A stretch of DNA of 49,946 nucleotides from Girardia tigrina (Eukaryota), in NCBI GenBank assembly GCA_001938485.1, contig MQRK01217243.1, forward strand, positions 1 through 49,946. The letters are read 5' to 3'. Positions 1-14,300 of the stretch are shown piece by piece. The translations under genes were made by a program, and so were the position numbers. Under the pieces are notes generated by a model that did no database searches, was not told the origin of the DNA, and worked only from the letters and a program-made list of their open reading frames with translations. Every line of letters starts with the position of its first letter. The stretch's first letter is position 1.

Positions 1-108
1 CACCCGTTACATTATTTAAATGTTATAACTATTCTGCTGTAAATGTCATAAATTTATCAAATATATTGTGCTAAAATGTGAGAGTCAACAGACTTTTGTC
101 CACAGCTG
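1..108. mobile_element. Terminal fragment of a Tc1/mariner-type element
   Basis: Ends ...ACTTTTGTCCACAGCTG followed by TA (109-110). The reverse complement CAGCTGTGGACAAAAGT resembles typical Tc1 TIRs. The other end is not in the window. Confidence 0.5.
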
Positions 109-899
109 TATATAGAAAGGCACATAGTTCATACAAGACATTTGAAATATATGCCGCCATTCTTTCGATGATCATTTGTTTTACATAAAAAGGGGATTCA
201 TAAAAACACTTATCACGACTTCATAAATGTTAGACCTATTAGGAACATTTAGACAAGTCATTACAACTCTCAGAAAGTCTTTCATCGTTTGTCATCATTC
301 TAATTGGTTTTCTTATTTCTGTTTTTAATCACGATTATTCGAACAATTTTTCTAAGTCATTTTTTTAAATATATTAATTAATATTAATTAAAAATAATAA
401 TTTTTACCATTTTTCAATAAATCCAAAAATAATAAAAATGTCATCAAATTATTAAAAATACATTTAATTTAAATTTTACCAAAAAATATTAAACTTAATT
501 TTAATTGTGAAAATAAAAATATGAACTTATCAAATGATTATTTTAATTATGTTCGAATAGTTGATCACTTTAAACTTAATAAAATATACCAATTTCCATC
601 TGGGTGAGAGAATCACCATTCTAACTTCAACATACTTAAATCAACATACAACATCCATACATTCACACATTCAAACAATTTAAAATATTCCTCACTAGAC
701 CCATTAAACTTTTTTTATGAAATATCATTCGAATATAATATTATCCAATCATTTTTATCATGGGTATACAATTCGCGATTCTACGAAAAATTAAAAGATA
801 TTAACTTGAAGTACCATTTTATGACTTCAATCCATATTCTTTTGATTTGACTGCTCGTGGCAGAGGGATTAATATCATTGCTTAAACGAGTTTGAAACG

Positions 900-1700
900 A
901 AATTCTTGCTGAAAGTCAATTGCAACATAATGTTGAACTAAACTTTCTTTATGTAGAAACACTATTTGCAACTATAACTATTATTTCGTAGATTAGCAAA
1001 ATATATTTCTATTTAAAAAACCTTTAAATATTTGCAGACATCTTTAATTTTATTATTTTCTAATGTAATTGTGAAAGATTTAAAAGACCGTTTTCACAGT
1101 CTTTTTAGATTTGATTTTTGTCTCGACCACAAGTGGTTGCAAGGTCTGGACCGTATGGTTAGTGAGAGAGAATGTATGACTTTAACTACTGTAACTTTTC
1201 CACGGTTATTTGTGCAGTGTTTGATCGTAAATTTCTTTTACATGATCCTTGTTCAATTCATCATTGAATATCGTTTATTTTGTGCTGAATTCACTTGTAT
1301 AGACGTTTCAGCTAGCAGAACAGTAGTAGGATTTTTGCTTAGATACACATATTATTAATGAGTTTTGGCTAGGATCTACTTTTGCTATGGTTTTCAGAAC
1401 ATCGTTTCCTACTTGAATCTCAGGTCGACTAAGTGATTCATTTGGCAAGTCTAAATAACCATATTGAAATTTTTTGAATCAACGAACTACCATTGCTTTC
1501 CCAGCAACTTTAGCAGGGAACACACTGCTTGCATTATTTCTTATTTTATTGAAACACAAATTTTCCTTTATTTTGTTAAAACGTCTGTTGAATGTTAAAT
1601 ATCCAATGTCAAGAGGAAAAATGTATCTTTTAAACAACAAATTTTTATCAAATGATTTCACCGAAATTACATTATACGCCATTGAGTTTTCTCGTGTAAT
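900..1700 (-). mobile_element. Degenerate, internally deleted mariner transposase
   Basis: Minus-strand fragments VVR*FKKFQYGYLDLPNESLSRPEIQVGNDVLKTIAKVDPSQ (mariner HTH region) and RSNTAQITVEKLQ*LKSYILSH*PYGPDLAT (decayed HDNARPH...HPPYSPDLAP), with several stops and frameshifts. Confidence 0.7.
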
Positions 1701-1828
1701 TTAACCTAATTGAAATGCATATTTTCCCTTGGAATATCTTTAATTAATACTAATTAAAGTTAAAAGATTTCAGTACTTTTAATCATTCAAAAAATTAATT
1801 ATTCATAAAATATAATAACTTTTTTAAG

Positions 1829-2345
1829 ACAAATTAATGACCAATGAAGAAGTGAGAGCCAACAGAATACAAAGAATTCTTACATCAGATTTACCACTTT
1901 ATTTTGCGTTAATCACACGAATCAGACAAGAAGTGGCTCTCATTGGTCCTGAGGGTGTTGTTATGAGTTCCTCAGTAGTGCCACAAGTACAGGCTGTGTT
2001 TCCTGAAGGAGCTCTGTTGAAAAAAACCAGAGTTGGTATTCAAGCTCATGAGATACCTACAGAAATTGTCACAAGATTACTCGGAAATCGTGTTGCGTGT
2101 AGTCCAATCATTAGTATTGAACCTAGAAGACGTAAATTTCACAAGCCAATCACTCTTACCGTTCCACTCCCAAAACCAGTAAATAAAGGCATGATAAATG
2201 ATCCGAATAGTGGAACTGTAAACCTGAGATTACTATGCAGTATTACTGGTGGTAGTGCTCCAGCCGTTTGGGAAGACATTACAGGTTCAACACCATTGAC
2301 ATACCTGAAAGATTGCGTCTCGTTTACAACCACTGTATCTGCAAG
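1829..2345 (+). CDS. Ank: Ankyrin exon: end of ZU5-N and the ZU5-C domain
   Basis: Diagnostic ankyrin motifs GPEG..SSVVPQVQAVFPEGAL, SPIISIEPRRRKFHKPITLTVP, LRLLCSITGG..PAVWEDITGSTPL and VSFTTTVSAR. AG at 1827-1828, GT at 2346. Confidence 0.97.
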
Positions 2346-5300
2346 GTACCAATAAGTTTCATTTTTAGTCTATTACTATTTCAACTAGATTGTGGCTTAT
2401 TGATTGCCCAAACGTGCAAGGAGTTGCTGAAATGGCTACAAATGTCTATCGAGAGTCTACAGTAGTGCCTTATATTGGTCAGTTTGTTGTCTATGGTCGT
2501 CGCCATGATAAGGAGGAGGCACAATTTCGCATTCTTGGATTAACTGACGATTCAATTGACAAAACGCTTGAATGCCAAGAAAATTTCCAACTTATCGCAA
2601 GTGGTCCATCAGTTGAAGTACTTATTAGATTTAACAATTAATTTATCATTTACATTCTAATGTTACAATATTTTTCATTATAAATTATTTACACTTATGA
2701 TCTATAAAAAACGTATATTTTATAAGTTTTCATATATGAATCATAATTTTATTTTAATATTTGTTTTTAACTAATTCTTTTTAATTTATCTTTTATTTGT
2801 GATTATTTAGAATTTTGCTAATTAATCGAACGATTTCTGGTTTAATCTTTGTTCTTCGAGAATAATCACCTAAAGCCAATGACCAAATTTGACCTATTTT
2901 TTTCAATGTACTTGTAATAATAGAAAAAGGAAACTATCCTTTATATAAATTACTCCAAAAGAATACTTTTCTTTATCTATTATTATTCTATGAATAAACT
3001 GTATGAGTTAGTGATTGTAATAACTCGGGCAACCAAATGCCAGAAGGTTAAAATTTGTAATTAGAACAAAAATCTCTTGAAAAATCGTTCTGACGAGATA
3101 TTTCTAAGAAAAGTAACGTCTGTGGATTTTTTTTAGGTCAATAAAGTCAATTTTTTAAGTCAAATTTTCATATTTTTTAAGTCAAAATGTTGGTTGCCCT
3201 AGTAATAACTATTTATTAAGTGTAGCTGTTACAAGCAGAGTATTAAACTGAATTACAACGTAATAACGTAACTAATTACCACAAAAAAAACCAAATTCAA
3301 TGGGATGGATATCGTTACTTTGATAGTCTTCTCTTCGGTTGATGACGAGGGCAAGATATATTCCTTTGTAGTTCCATATTGTCCTCTTGGAATACTGGTA
3401 CCACAAAAATTGCAGTTTGTAAGATTGGTTTCAATACAATCAATTGTAAAATATTGAGAAATCATGCTTATTTTTGTTTATAATTCATTTTGCTGAAAAG
3501 TAATACGTCCTTTTTAAATAAAAATTAATTTGAACAAATTAATATTAAAAACTATTGAAAATAGAAAATCATATTACACTTTGTATTTTTACCATAATCT
3601 TTCTTAAATAATAAATATTTCAATGTGTATACTTAATTTGACAACTTTTTTTCTCAACTGTGAAAATCGAAAATCCGGAAAAGTTTTTGGCTATTCTTTC
3701 GTATCCGGATTTTTAAAAGTAACCGGATATCCGGATCCTAGAGCCGCTCTGGTAAATCTTTAGCGATAATGAACTGTCAGTTGTTACGTGATCTTTCAGT
3801 CAACTAACGATATCTTTATACAAATAAACGTAATAAATATATATAATAAAAGAGAATCAAATGAAATGTGTTCTTGAAATGGTATCAATTACATTATAAA
3901 AATTTCCATGTGATTTCTATTCATTCAAAAATAATCTTTCAGTATCAATATTAATTGTCAGTTACTTCTGTAACAGTGAAGAAATGCAACTAAAATAGTG
4001 ACACTAAAAACTTGTAATTATACGATCAATGAAATGTTTAGATTTTTATATATTTTTTCAACAGATAATCCTTTGCACTTCCCAAAAAATTCTCCAAAGC
4101 AGTGATTTTTAAATTAATAATGATGAATTATAATGATTTTCAATGTTTTTATTTAAGAAAAATATTTTGTTTTCATATTTTTAAAATCTAGAAATGTATA
4201 CTGAGACAAATTAGACTGAGTAATATTGAGTGAGATAATCATCAGTAACCTTTGTAATGTGGTCTGTGCAGTGACAATAACGATTGTTGGTACAATATAA
4301 TCCAGATATTTGAATCACTGTATTGATAGATTGAAACTGGTTTACGTAAGCGCAGATTCGTGTGTTTACGACCACCCGTTGGGTCAGCATCATTACCCGT
4401 CAATGGTAGCGGGGTCACCAATCTCTTTAAAATAAATGATTTACTGTATAACACTTGAAAATTCTTTTCTTGTTTTAAAAATTCGATTTAATCAAAGTTT
4501 CAAAATAATAATTCAGAATAAATTCAAAAAATATTTAAATACAAATAAATTAAAATCTTAATCCAATGTTGCTTAAACAGTAACACGAAAGATGTTTAAA
4601 ATCCTCAAAGTACTATGTTTTTACAATGCTGATTTTAACTCGCTACACATGTTTCATAAATTTGTTAAACGAGTTTTCACCCAATTCCATGGTCCGATTG
4701 AACTGAAAATTTCCCCTAATTTGTAATTCTGATGACAGCACATGAATTAATTAACAATTACTTTCTGAATGATTAATTAGTCATTTTTGCTATTAAAAAA
4801 ATTTACGATTAACCGCTATTTATCCATATTTAAAAATTAAATAGAAAATACTTTAATTGAAATTTCTATTTTTTTATATTTGTCAAATCTTTATGGATTT
4901 TTAATATTTTTTTTTGGTAATAAATACATTTTCGAGTCCTTATTAATCATATTTTATTTGGTTATATCTTTTTCATGAGGAATTTTCAAAAAATATTGAT
5001 TTTCTGGAATCCGGGTATCCTTCTCTTCAATCATTTTCAAAAACGAATTTTTGGTGGTTTAAGGGGCGGAAACCTCGCTCAGAAGACCAAGTTTTCTAAA
5101 TCTATAATCGACACAGAATCAATCAAAAAGTTTCGAGTCGGACCGAATAGTTCGAGATTCCCTCGTGATCTCATAGATGCATAGCTCCTCTTAACCGACC
5201 GATCATTTGGTCACTCCAAACTGCTCAATTGGTCAACTAGTTCGTTATATCTAATCCGAATCGATTAAATTGTTGAAAATTGAATTTGTTAATCGATTTT

Positions 5301-8300
5301 TGAGGGACATTTATTTGCATATAGCATTTTTTATAAAAAAAGAATTTTTTGATTTAATAGGTTACTCATTCACAACACTAAAATTTACTTTTGAATTTTC
5401 TGCTCTAGCTACAATTAAATCATAAAAAACGAGAACGTTTTAGCTCACATCGATCAAGAAGTCAGCGTCTGCTTATGAAATGCCAAACCTTAACTGGAAT
5501 TCATTAGTTTGAAGCATCAGACACAGCTATCACACTGAACGTTGTTTCATGTAAATTCTTTGTTTCTTTAAGAAAATATGTATTTTTCTATATTATAAAA
5601 GCTTATGGAATTAAAAATCTAAGAACGAAGAAAATGCTTTTGGTGGGCTGCGAAGAAATTTTCTTCAGCTTGGTGAGCCGCGACAACATTACAATAATTA
5701 ATCGTGTAATTATGGTTTAATAATCAATTAAAATCTCTTTAAATTTAAGTGCGACATTTTGACAACTAAAGAACATACTGTCCAGATGAAAGCAAAATAT
5801 TTAATAAAAACTCACAATTTTAAAACGTTTATTCAATAACCTATAACATCTTGTTGGTTGTTTAGTCTTCGTTTAAAACCCACTCAGCACAACACTCCTA
5901 ATAAAATACTAACATAGTGCTTGAACTTTAATTGCAAGATCCGATAGTCTACTTAATGATGCTTTACATGAATATCGTTCTCAATCCTATAAGAATTCGA
6001 ATAAAATTCATCAAACCCAGATCTGAGATATGAGCATCTTACTGTAACTGTTTTATTATCATTGATAACTAGTTTTAAGAATCCTCGAGATTGCTCTAGT
6101 TTCATTTTTATGAGTGAATTGAGATAATTTAGATGACTATAAATCTGTAGCTTGAGTTTTATTACGAAAATATTAATTTAATATTTGTGAGGGAAAATTT
6201 GGATTGTTGTAAGTTTGTTGTTTGTATGCTGTTTAGATTTGTGACTCTCCTACTCAGATAGGATTGATATGTTTATTGATTGATTATTTGAATCTAATGA
6301 AATCAATTTAATGATATTAATTTTATGTACTAATTAATTAAAGTTTTATAATTATGAATTTTAATAATATTTGTAGTAAACGATTTTAACTTATTAAATT
6401 TAATATATTTTAAAAATTAATGTTTATTTAAAAAATTACGTAATGCCTTTTTATCCAATAAAATTATGAGAAATTAAAAGTTAATATTAAAAAATTTCCC
6501 ATTCATTGTTTTTTAGTTTTGAATACATAAACAAAAACTATATCAATCAAAGAAAGATACTTACTGAGAATTGTTGTGAAGAATCTGTTTGTGTTGTCAA
6601 TAAATGTTTACATTCAAATTGTGATATTGTTAATATGGCGACCACGGCTCATGTGACAACGAACATTATGTTTTAGTAGTAAAATGGAAGAAGAAAGAAG
6701 CAAAACGAAGAATGAAGAAATTTTAAAAATAACAAAGCTTAACATTAAATATGACAAACTGGTTTCAAAACAGTTTCCTTCACATTCGTCTTTACAACAA
6801 TCTAATTTACAAACTTCGAGGGAGTTACATACAGTCATACAATTACATATACAATCGTATACACATTCACATAGACCAAGTATAGATTTTTACATTAAGG
6901 ATAGCATTGTCTTCGGATACACTTACTTTTAGACACTGGTGCTAGAGTAAATTTGATTGAAGCAAGTTTAATTAAAAACATACCAAATATAAGGATTAGA
7001 GAATCACGAAGACGTTTAGCATGCGCAAATACTTCTGAATTAATAAATTATGGAACAGTACTCTTGAAGATTAAAATTGAAGGGAGCCAAAAGAATATAA
7101 AATTCTATATTGTCAAAGGAATGAACCCAGAAATGATAGCAGGAGTGAACTTTTTGGATAATTTTGGGATAAAGCTGTTTAAGAATTTAATAAAAAATAG
7201 TGATGTATTTATGATAATGGATAGCCCATCCGATGAAGACGGATTGAAAAGGATAACGGACCTATACGGAGGTAAGGTCGATGATTAGTTGATGAACATG
7301 ATAAAAGAGTTTAAGTCAATATTCATGGCAGAGAAATGGGATATTGAGAAAACATCATTGACGAAACACAAAATAGAAACTAATGGTTAACCGGTGTTAG
7401 TAAAGCCGTATAGACAACCAAGACATTTTGATGAAAAATTAGACGAAGTTATTAAAATTTTGAAGAAAAGGATATAATCGAAAAATGTAGTTCACGATGG
7501 AACTTTCCATTGGTATGCATCTGGAAGAAAGAGAAACAAGAAATACGAGTGTGCATGGATTTTCGACAATTAAATAAAGTTACTCTCAGACCAGCATTAC
7601 CTATGCCAAATGTGGATGATATGTTGAATACATTGAACGGTGTAAAGTATTTCACTATAATTGACTTTGGAAACGCATGCTATCAAGTTGAACTTGATGA
7701 AGAATCAAAGATTAAAACGATATTCTCGACAAAGAATGGTCAATATTGTTTTAAAAGAATGCGTTTCGGAATAGCAGCCGCTCCGGCCACCTTTCAAGAA
7801 CTAATGGTAAAAATTCTTGGTGAATTGAACTGGAAGGAAGCTGTCGTATATCTAGACGATATCTTGATATTTTATAAGAAAGAACATCTATAAAGAATAA
7901 AGAATGTGTTTCAAAAAATCAAAGAATCAGGTTTGAATATAAATCCAGAGAAATGTCAATTTCTAGGAGAAAAGACCAAGTTTTTGGGCTACGTAATAAG
8001 TAAAGATTGTATAGAAACTGATAAAACAAAGATTGATGCGATTAATAAGTTTCAAAACCCATCATGTATTAAACATCTAAGGAGTTTCTTGGATTTGACA
8101 AATTATTACAGGAAATTCACAAAAGATTATGGAAAATTATGTTGGAAAGTTTTAGGTGTGTGTGGCAAAAACAAGGATAAGAAAATAATATGGGCAAAAG
8201 AATGTGACGAAGCTTTTCAGAGATTAAAAGAAAGAATGGTTCAAACTCCAATCTTGGCGTATCCAGACTTCGATAAAGAATTTATATTGGACACAGATGC

Positions 8301-11300
8301 AAGTTTCGATACGATTGGAGCAGTACTGTAACAAAAAGACTCGAGTGGAAGAGAAAGAGTTATTGTATATGGTTCTCATAAGATGAACAAACATGAACTT
8401 GGTTATTGCATTACGAGAAAAGAATTACTTGCGATATATTATTTCACTCAGCATTTTAAGTATTTCTTATTGGAGAAAGATTCTTGTTGCATATAGACCA
8501 CAAAGCTATTACGTTTATGATGACCGCAAGGAACCCAATAACACCGCAATTTCAAACATGGATAAATTTTCTCAGCGGTCTTGATATGAGAATGGAATAC
8601 AGGAAAGGTGAAAGACATTCAAATGCAGATGCTATGTCGAGAAACTCTTGCGAATTATGTAGTCAATGCCAAACAACACACGAAGAAGCGAAGAGAGGAA
8701 AGATTAAAACTCGAATTCTAGAGTTACACGAAGAACCAAATAGTTTCAAATGGTTGAATGACAATGAAGAAATCGAACAAATCAAGAAAGATATGAAACA
8801 AGGAAGAACAAACAAATGGAAACTGAAAGATGACATTGTAGCAACGGAAAATAATAAGTACTGGATACCGAGTACAAATAGCACCAATTTTATTGAAGAT
8901 ATGTATAAGATGATATGTCATGCTGGAAGTAAAAAGGTTTTTAACTACCTCAGAGATGATTTTGATATGGAAAATATGAGAAAAGATAAATGAAGTTGTT
9001 CAAAGTTGCATAAATTGTCAAAAGCGAAAACCACTAACTGCGAAAACAAAAGAAAGACATATTAAGGAATTTGCAGATGAACCTTTTCAGAAGATATATA
9101 TTGACTTTTGTGGTCCATTCAAGAGAAATGTTAATAAATACCAGTATATTTTGGCAATAATTGATCAATTTAGCCGATAAATTAGCCTGAATGCAGTTGC
9201 TCACCAAGACGAGAAAACGCTACGGAAAATATTGCTGGATATAAATAAATATAGATGTATATATAAATATGGACCACCTAAAGAAATCCATGTGCATAGA
9301 GGCAAAACATTTGAATCCGAACTATTTGAAGAAACACTGAAAAAGTTTAAGATAGAAGTATTTTATTCAAGCCCGTATCACCACAATACCAATGGAATTA
9401 TAGAACGACAATTTAGAACAATTAGAGATGCTCTTAATATCAGAATAAAGGATGGAACGCATAGAGATTGTACGGAAGTATTGTCAGAAATAGAATCTAT
9501 GATGAATAGTATCATTCAAGCAACGACAGGTATCTCACCAGCAGAAATAATATATGGAAGGAAATTAAGACATTGGTGGAAAAATAAAGAGGATAAAAGA
9601 AACCAAATTGGAAAAGAAGAAAAAGCTCCAGAAACGAGAAGAATTTTTAAAGTTGGAAACTAGGTATTGATAAAGAGAGAAAATGCCTCAAAAGAGGATG
9701 ACCGATATATTGGCCCTGTAATGATAATAAGACGGAGACATGAAAGAAGTTACGAATTGCAACTCGACAATGGTCAAAATTACATTTAATATTAATTTTT
9801 AAATTTTATTAAAGCCCTATTAAACTGATATACCAAACAAATGTGATTCACTTTGCTACAAAAGTCTACTGTTTATTTTCATACTGCAAATACTAGTCTA
9901 CCAATCATTCTCCATAATGTCATCCGTTTGAGCGATTTTTTAACAAAAGATTGGTAATTAATATTTCGTCCTAATTTACAATGGTATTTCCTATCCTCAT
10001 CGTTATAGTTTGTCACTTAACTCGTGGCTGTACCAGAATTCCTAAAATATTTGTTTTGAAAAAACTAAATTCTACTAGTATAATTGGTTATGAGATTCGA
10101 AATTAAAAGTTATCTAATTTCCTATACTCAATTGTTTACTTATTATTTTTAATTCTTAGGTTGTGAAAAATGTTTGAATATAAACATAAAAATGATATAT
10201 ATTAATTACCAGTAAGAATACTTTCAATGACTCTGTAATCTTGTATTTTTGTCTAAGAATCTCTGATATACTATATTTTAAGTCTATGAAAATTGCAAAA
10301 GTTATTACAAATTAAATTATGAAATTATTTTGCATTGCCAACTCAACTTGATTCAAGTGGTCTCGTCAAGGAGTTCTTTTGTGGATAAATTAATAATATA
10401 ACATTTTAACATGAAAGATTAATTGATACATTGTTATGTTACTTTTCCTGAATTGGTTAGTTTAATTTGTACAAAATTATAGTCATGAGTGATTATTGAA
10501 GATAGTGGATGATTAATTTATAATAATATATAAGGCTAATTGATGAAAAATAATTTGGGCATTATTATTCCAGATAAGTAAAAATAATAAAATAGTTATC
10601 TAATGAAAACTTCGTTAACGACTATACAACGAAGAGCGAAACGAAGGCTAAGTTAATTGATCGTAATAAAAGTGAGATAGATGTTAGGTATTGTATTTTT
10701 GAACCAACTAACAGTTCATGATCGAGGACTTTGTTGATATATCACTGAAACTTAACTTTCTATCAATATATTTTGCTTCTTTGCAAATGATAATTGGTTT
10801 GATTAAGTATTTTCTGGGATAATTTCTATTTTCGTCACGAGAATAAAAATTAGATTGTTTGGGAAACAAATCAGGATTTTCTTAAGCACTGATAACATTT
10901 TTAGTTAACCCCTTACTGCATGATTTTTTCTATTTTAATAAAAAATATATAATATAGGAAAAGAGAAATAAAGAGATACGTATTTGTATTTTTAAATAAA
11001 TGATTTTTTCATGTAGAAAATCCGAAAATACATTTTGGTCCATTTATGGAACGCTATGCAGTTAGGGTAATAAAATTATGAAAAAATATTTTGATCCACT
11101 ATGCGGTAAGGGGTTAAAGAGTAACAATTTAAAACGAAAGACTGAAAGTGAAAAGATAATAATCTTTCACAAAATATTTTTTCTTATTATATTCTTTTTT
11201 TTTGTCTGCCTAATAATCAGTTATTCGTACGATTATTGCTTTAGTGAGACTGATTTTTTTTATTAGTATTATTAATTAATTAACCCATTAAGTATAAATT

Positions 11301-14300
11301 TTTTTATAATTCTTTGATGGGGTTTGGAAATTTAACTGTTCTGCAATGTTAAAAAAAATCCGATAAAATCTTGATAAGTTTTTATTCATAAAAAAATATG
11401 TTCCCCGATGGGAACATTGGTACCAATAAGACATTTTTTACTTCTAGGAATTTGCTATTTATTTTAAAAAAAGATTGAAAATTTTGAAAACATTGGTACT
11501 TAATGGGTTAATATGAAATGCATATAATATGAAATTACAAATCTAATTCATTAATATCCAGTAATATTTGAATTTTAAACTGAATATATCGCAATTCGGA
11601 GATGTAATATTAATAAAATATAAAGTTTTTTGATGTCTTTCTTTGATTTTAGGTACTTCACAATCGTCCTCATTGGATAGAAACCGCAGGAAATTTAGTG
11701 CCAGTCACAAAAACAGGCGACCAGTTGAGTATGACTATTGAAGCACTAAATGAAAATAGAATAAGTTTCTTGGTGAGAGTTAAAGATATTCAACAAGAAC
11801 CAAAAGGAAAATTGGCAATTCTTCTTCATCAAAGAAATCAAGGCGGAGGACCTGCGTAATTTTTTCTCTTTTAATATTTAATTTTAATTTAATGCTTAAA
11901 ATAATAAAGCTAACAGTGACATAAATTTTTAGAAGTTCTAATGATGTTTTATTTTAGATTATATTGGAAATCTGATATGAAACCTTAGTGTTTTATGGTG
12001 TCTTTACTTATCTTATTTTTACAATTGCCCATTAATTCCATTGCCTCGAAGTTGATGCGAAATGAACCGAGCATTTGACATTATCTTTTAACAGTGATGC
12101 ACTTGTGTCTGGTATTTGACGACAGTTTATATATGCTAGAGCGGTTGTAGACATAAAAAATATAAAAATAATGAAACGAAAAAGTGTTTTTAGTAAAATC
12201 AAGTTCTAAAACTGTCACTTATTGAAGTTGGAGCCATTCTCTTGATTTTCGGCCATTTTCATTTTCAACATGTATTTTGGATTTGAAGCGAAAAAAATGT
12301 GCTATCATTATCGAAGGAAATCCCACATAATTTGTTCGAAAGATCATGGGTTCACCTCATGCATCGGAACCTCCTATTTGAGTTCTTGTATAGTCAATTT
12401 ATCGGCTATTGCAATGTAAAGTCAATTATTATCGTTTCACGAAATCACTTGAATTGGTTTTTATAATACAATTGCTACATTAAATTGATCGTTTGTAATA
12501 AACTTGGTTATAATTGTTCCATTTCTTTGATTTATTCATAATAAATGTCACCTTGATTTAACCTAACTCAGAATATGGTCGTTTGTCTATGAAGATCAAG
12601 TTTTTCAAGTTAATTAATGTCTAAACTGTTACATTTGTATAATCTACATTGATCTTCAATTCCGAATTTTCTTTTAACCTTTTCCAGCCCAAATTATTAT
12701 TTTTGAAAAAAACATTATTTATATTGTTGTTTCTTTTCTAGAAACAAGTAAGAATCGCGCTTTTTTGCATTCTAATATATGTAGTGTCATCTATTAAACT
12801 TTTTAGAAACTATTACTATGTGTAAAATTTAAATTAGGTAAAAGAGATAACTGTAATTTAATTTTTCAAATGTGTTGCCATATGGCAACAATGGGCTGGA
12901 AAGGGTTAAATCCAAAATCAAAGAGTTCTTGACATTTTTAACAATTTGTATTTCAATACAATTAATTTCTTTTAGAAAATTTCGACAAACATACTTTTAA
13001 TACACTATACAAAATGCCATAAATATATATATATATATTGAAAGAGTCATATAATATATTGAAACATAAAAAAATTACAACATTTAAATCATCAACAGTT
13101 TACATCTTCATACATAATTTGTAAATCACATTTACATGGACTAAGTCTTTTAATCGTTTGAAATTAGTGGGAAAACAAAAATTCAAGTATCCTATGAATA
13201 TACGCGACAAAAATGAATGATGTTATTGATCAGATAAACGATGGAGTACCAGAAAAGTAGTGCTAATTATCACCCGAGAATTTTCGCTGTTTTCACTTTA
13301 AGTAAACGGGATATACTCGACATATTTTCCACGTGTTGTTTGACGAATGTCTACCTGAGGTAGAGCGCTTAAAGGTTCTTCGTGGAAGTCTGATTTTACA
13401 TTAACGTCACTTAACTAAACTCTGAATTCACAATTAAATCTTCACCATAAACATTTGGGATTGATCGATTATCTCGAAGAAATTCAAATAAGAGAACGTG
13501 TCAAAATGAGTCTTTTTTGAACTTGAAGTTGCATATTTAAGCAAATAAAATAAATACTGAAATGAAGTTGTAAAACTAATTAAATGTGTTGAATATACAG
13601 AAATAAACGGGTTTCAAAATGGTATGTACAACTTAAATAAACAATTTATATTGATAAAATTTGAGTTTAAAAACGTATGAACTTAAATACTAGTCCAACT
13701 GAAAAAACATTTGGATTTTATGGGGTTTGTAAGAGCATGATGTGTAATTGTAAAATAATGTATGATGTGCAAAATTAAAATTTAAAAAATAGGTAAATAG
13801 TAGAAGGAGAATATTTTCATATTACATGAAGTATCTGAATATTTGAATTGTATTTTATTGATTTTTCATGAAAGTATTTTGTTTGACAATTTTATTTATT
13901 TTAGAAATGTTCTCGGATCAGCATCAGCTCAAAAACCCATTACAACTCTTGAAATTTGCCTACCAAATGCTATCTATCCATTATCTGATACATTAAGACG
14001 AAAGAAGATGAAAGCAGATTTTATAAAAACAAGTATGTTATTTAAATAATTTGTTCCGTTCTCTTTAAAATTATCATTTTTTGTATTTTTGCATTCAAAT
14101 CTGAAGCTAAAAATCTTATCGATTTAGTTACTAAGTAATATTCCGAAATAGTTCCTAACTTTTTTAACTATTGCATCCATTGAAATTTCGACTGAAATAT
14201 TCTCAATCCAGAGATAAACCATTATAATCGTGTACTTTGAATTGAGTTAACAATTTGAAGGGGTTAAGATGATTAAAATAATATATGAAAATTTAAGTAA

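Noticed and set aside
1032-1704. + strand ORFs of 108 and 76 aa
   Set aside because: Antisense shadows of the decayed mariner on the minus strand; no recognisable motifs.
4211-4454. Minus-strand ORFs, a TGGTGACCCCG (tRNA-Trp PBS-like) motif, and a possible solo LTR
   Set aside because: The PBS-like motif and the LTR-like signals (AATAAA, ...TATAACA) imply opposite orientations, and no TSD or retroelement coding sequence is adjacent.
4680-5194. Kolobok-like end (GCATAGCTCCTC|TTAA) and a 69-aa ORF
   Set aside because: Only one terminus was found and the ORF has no recognisable domain. It is likely a repeat fragment, but not supportable.
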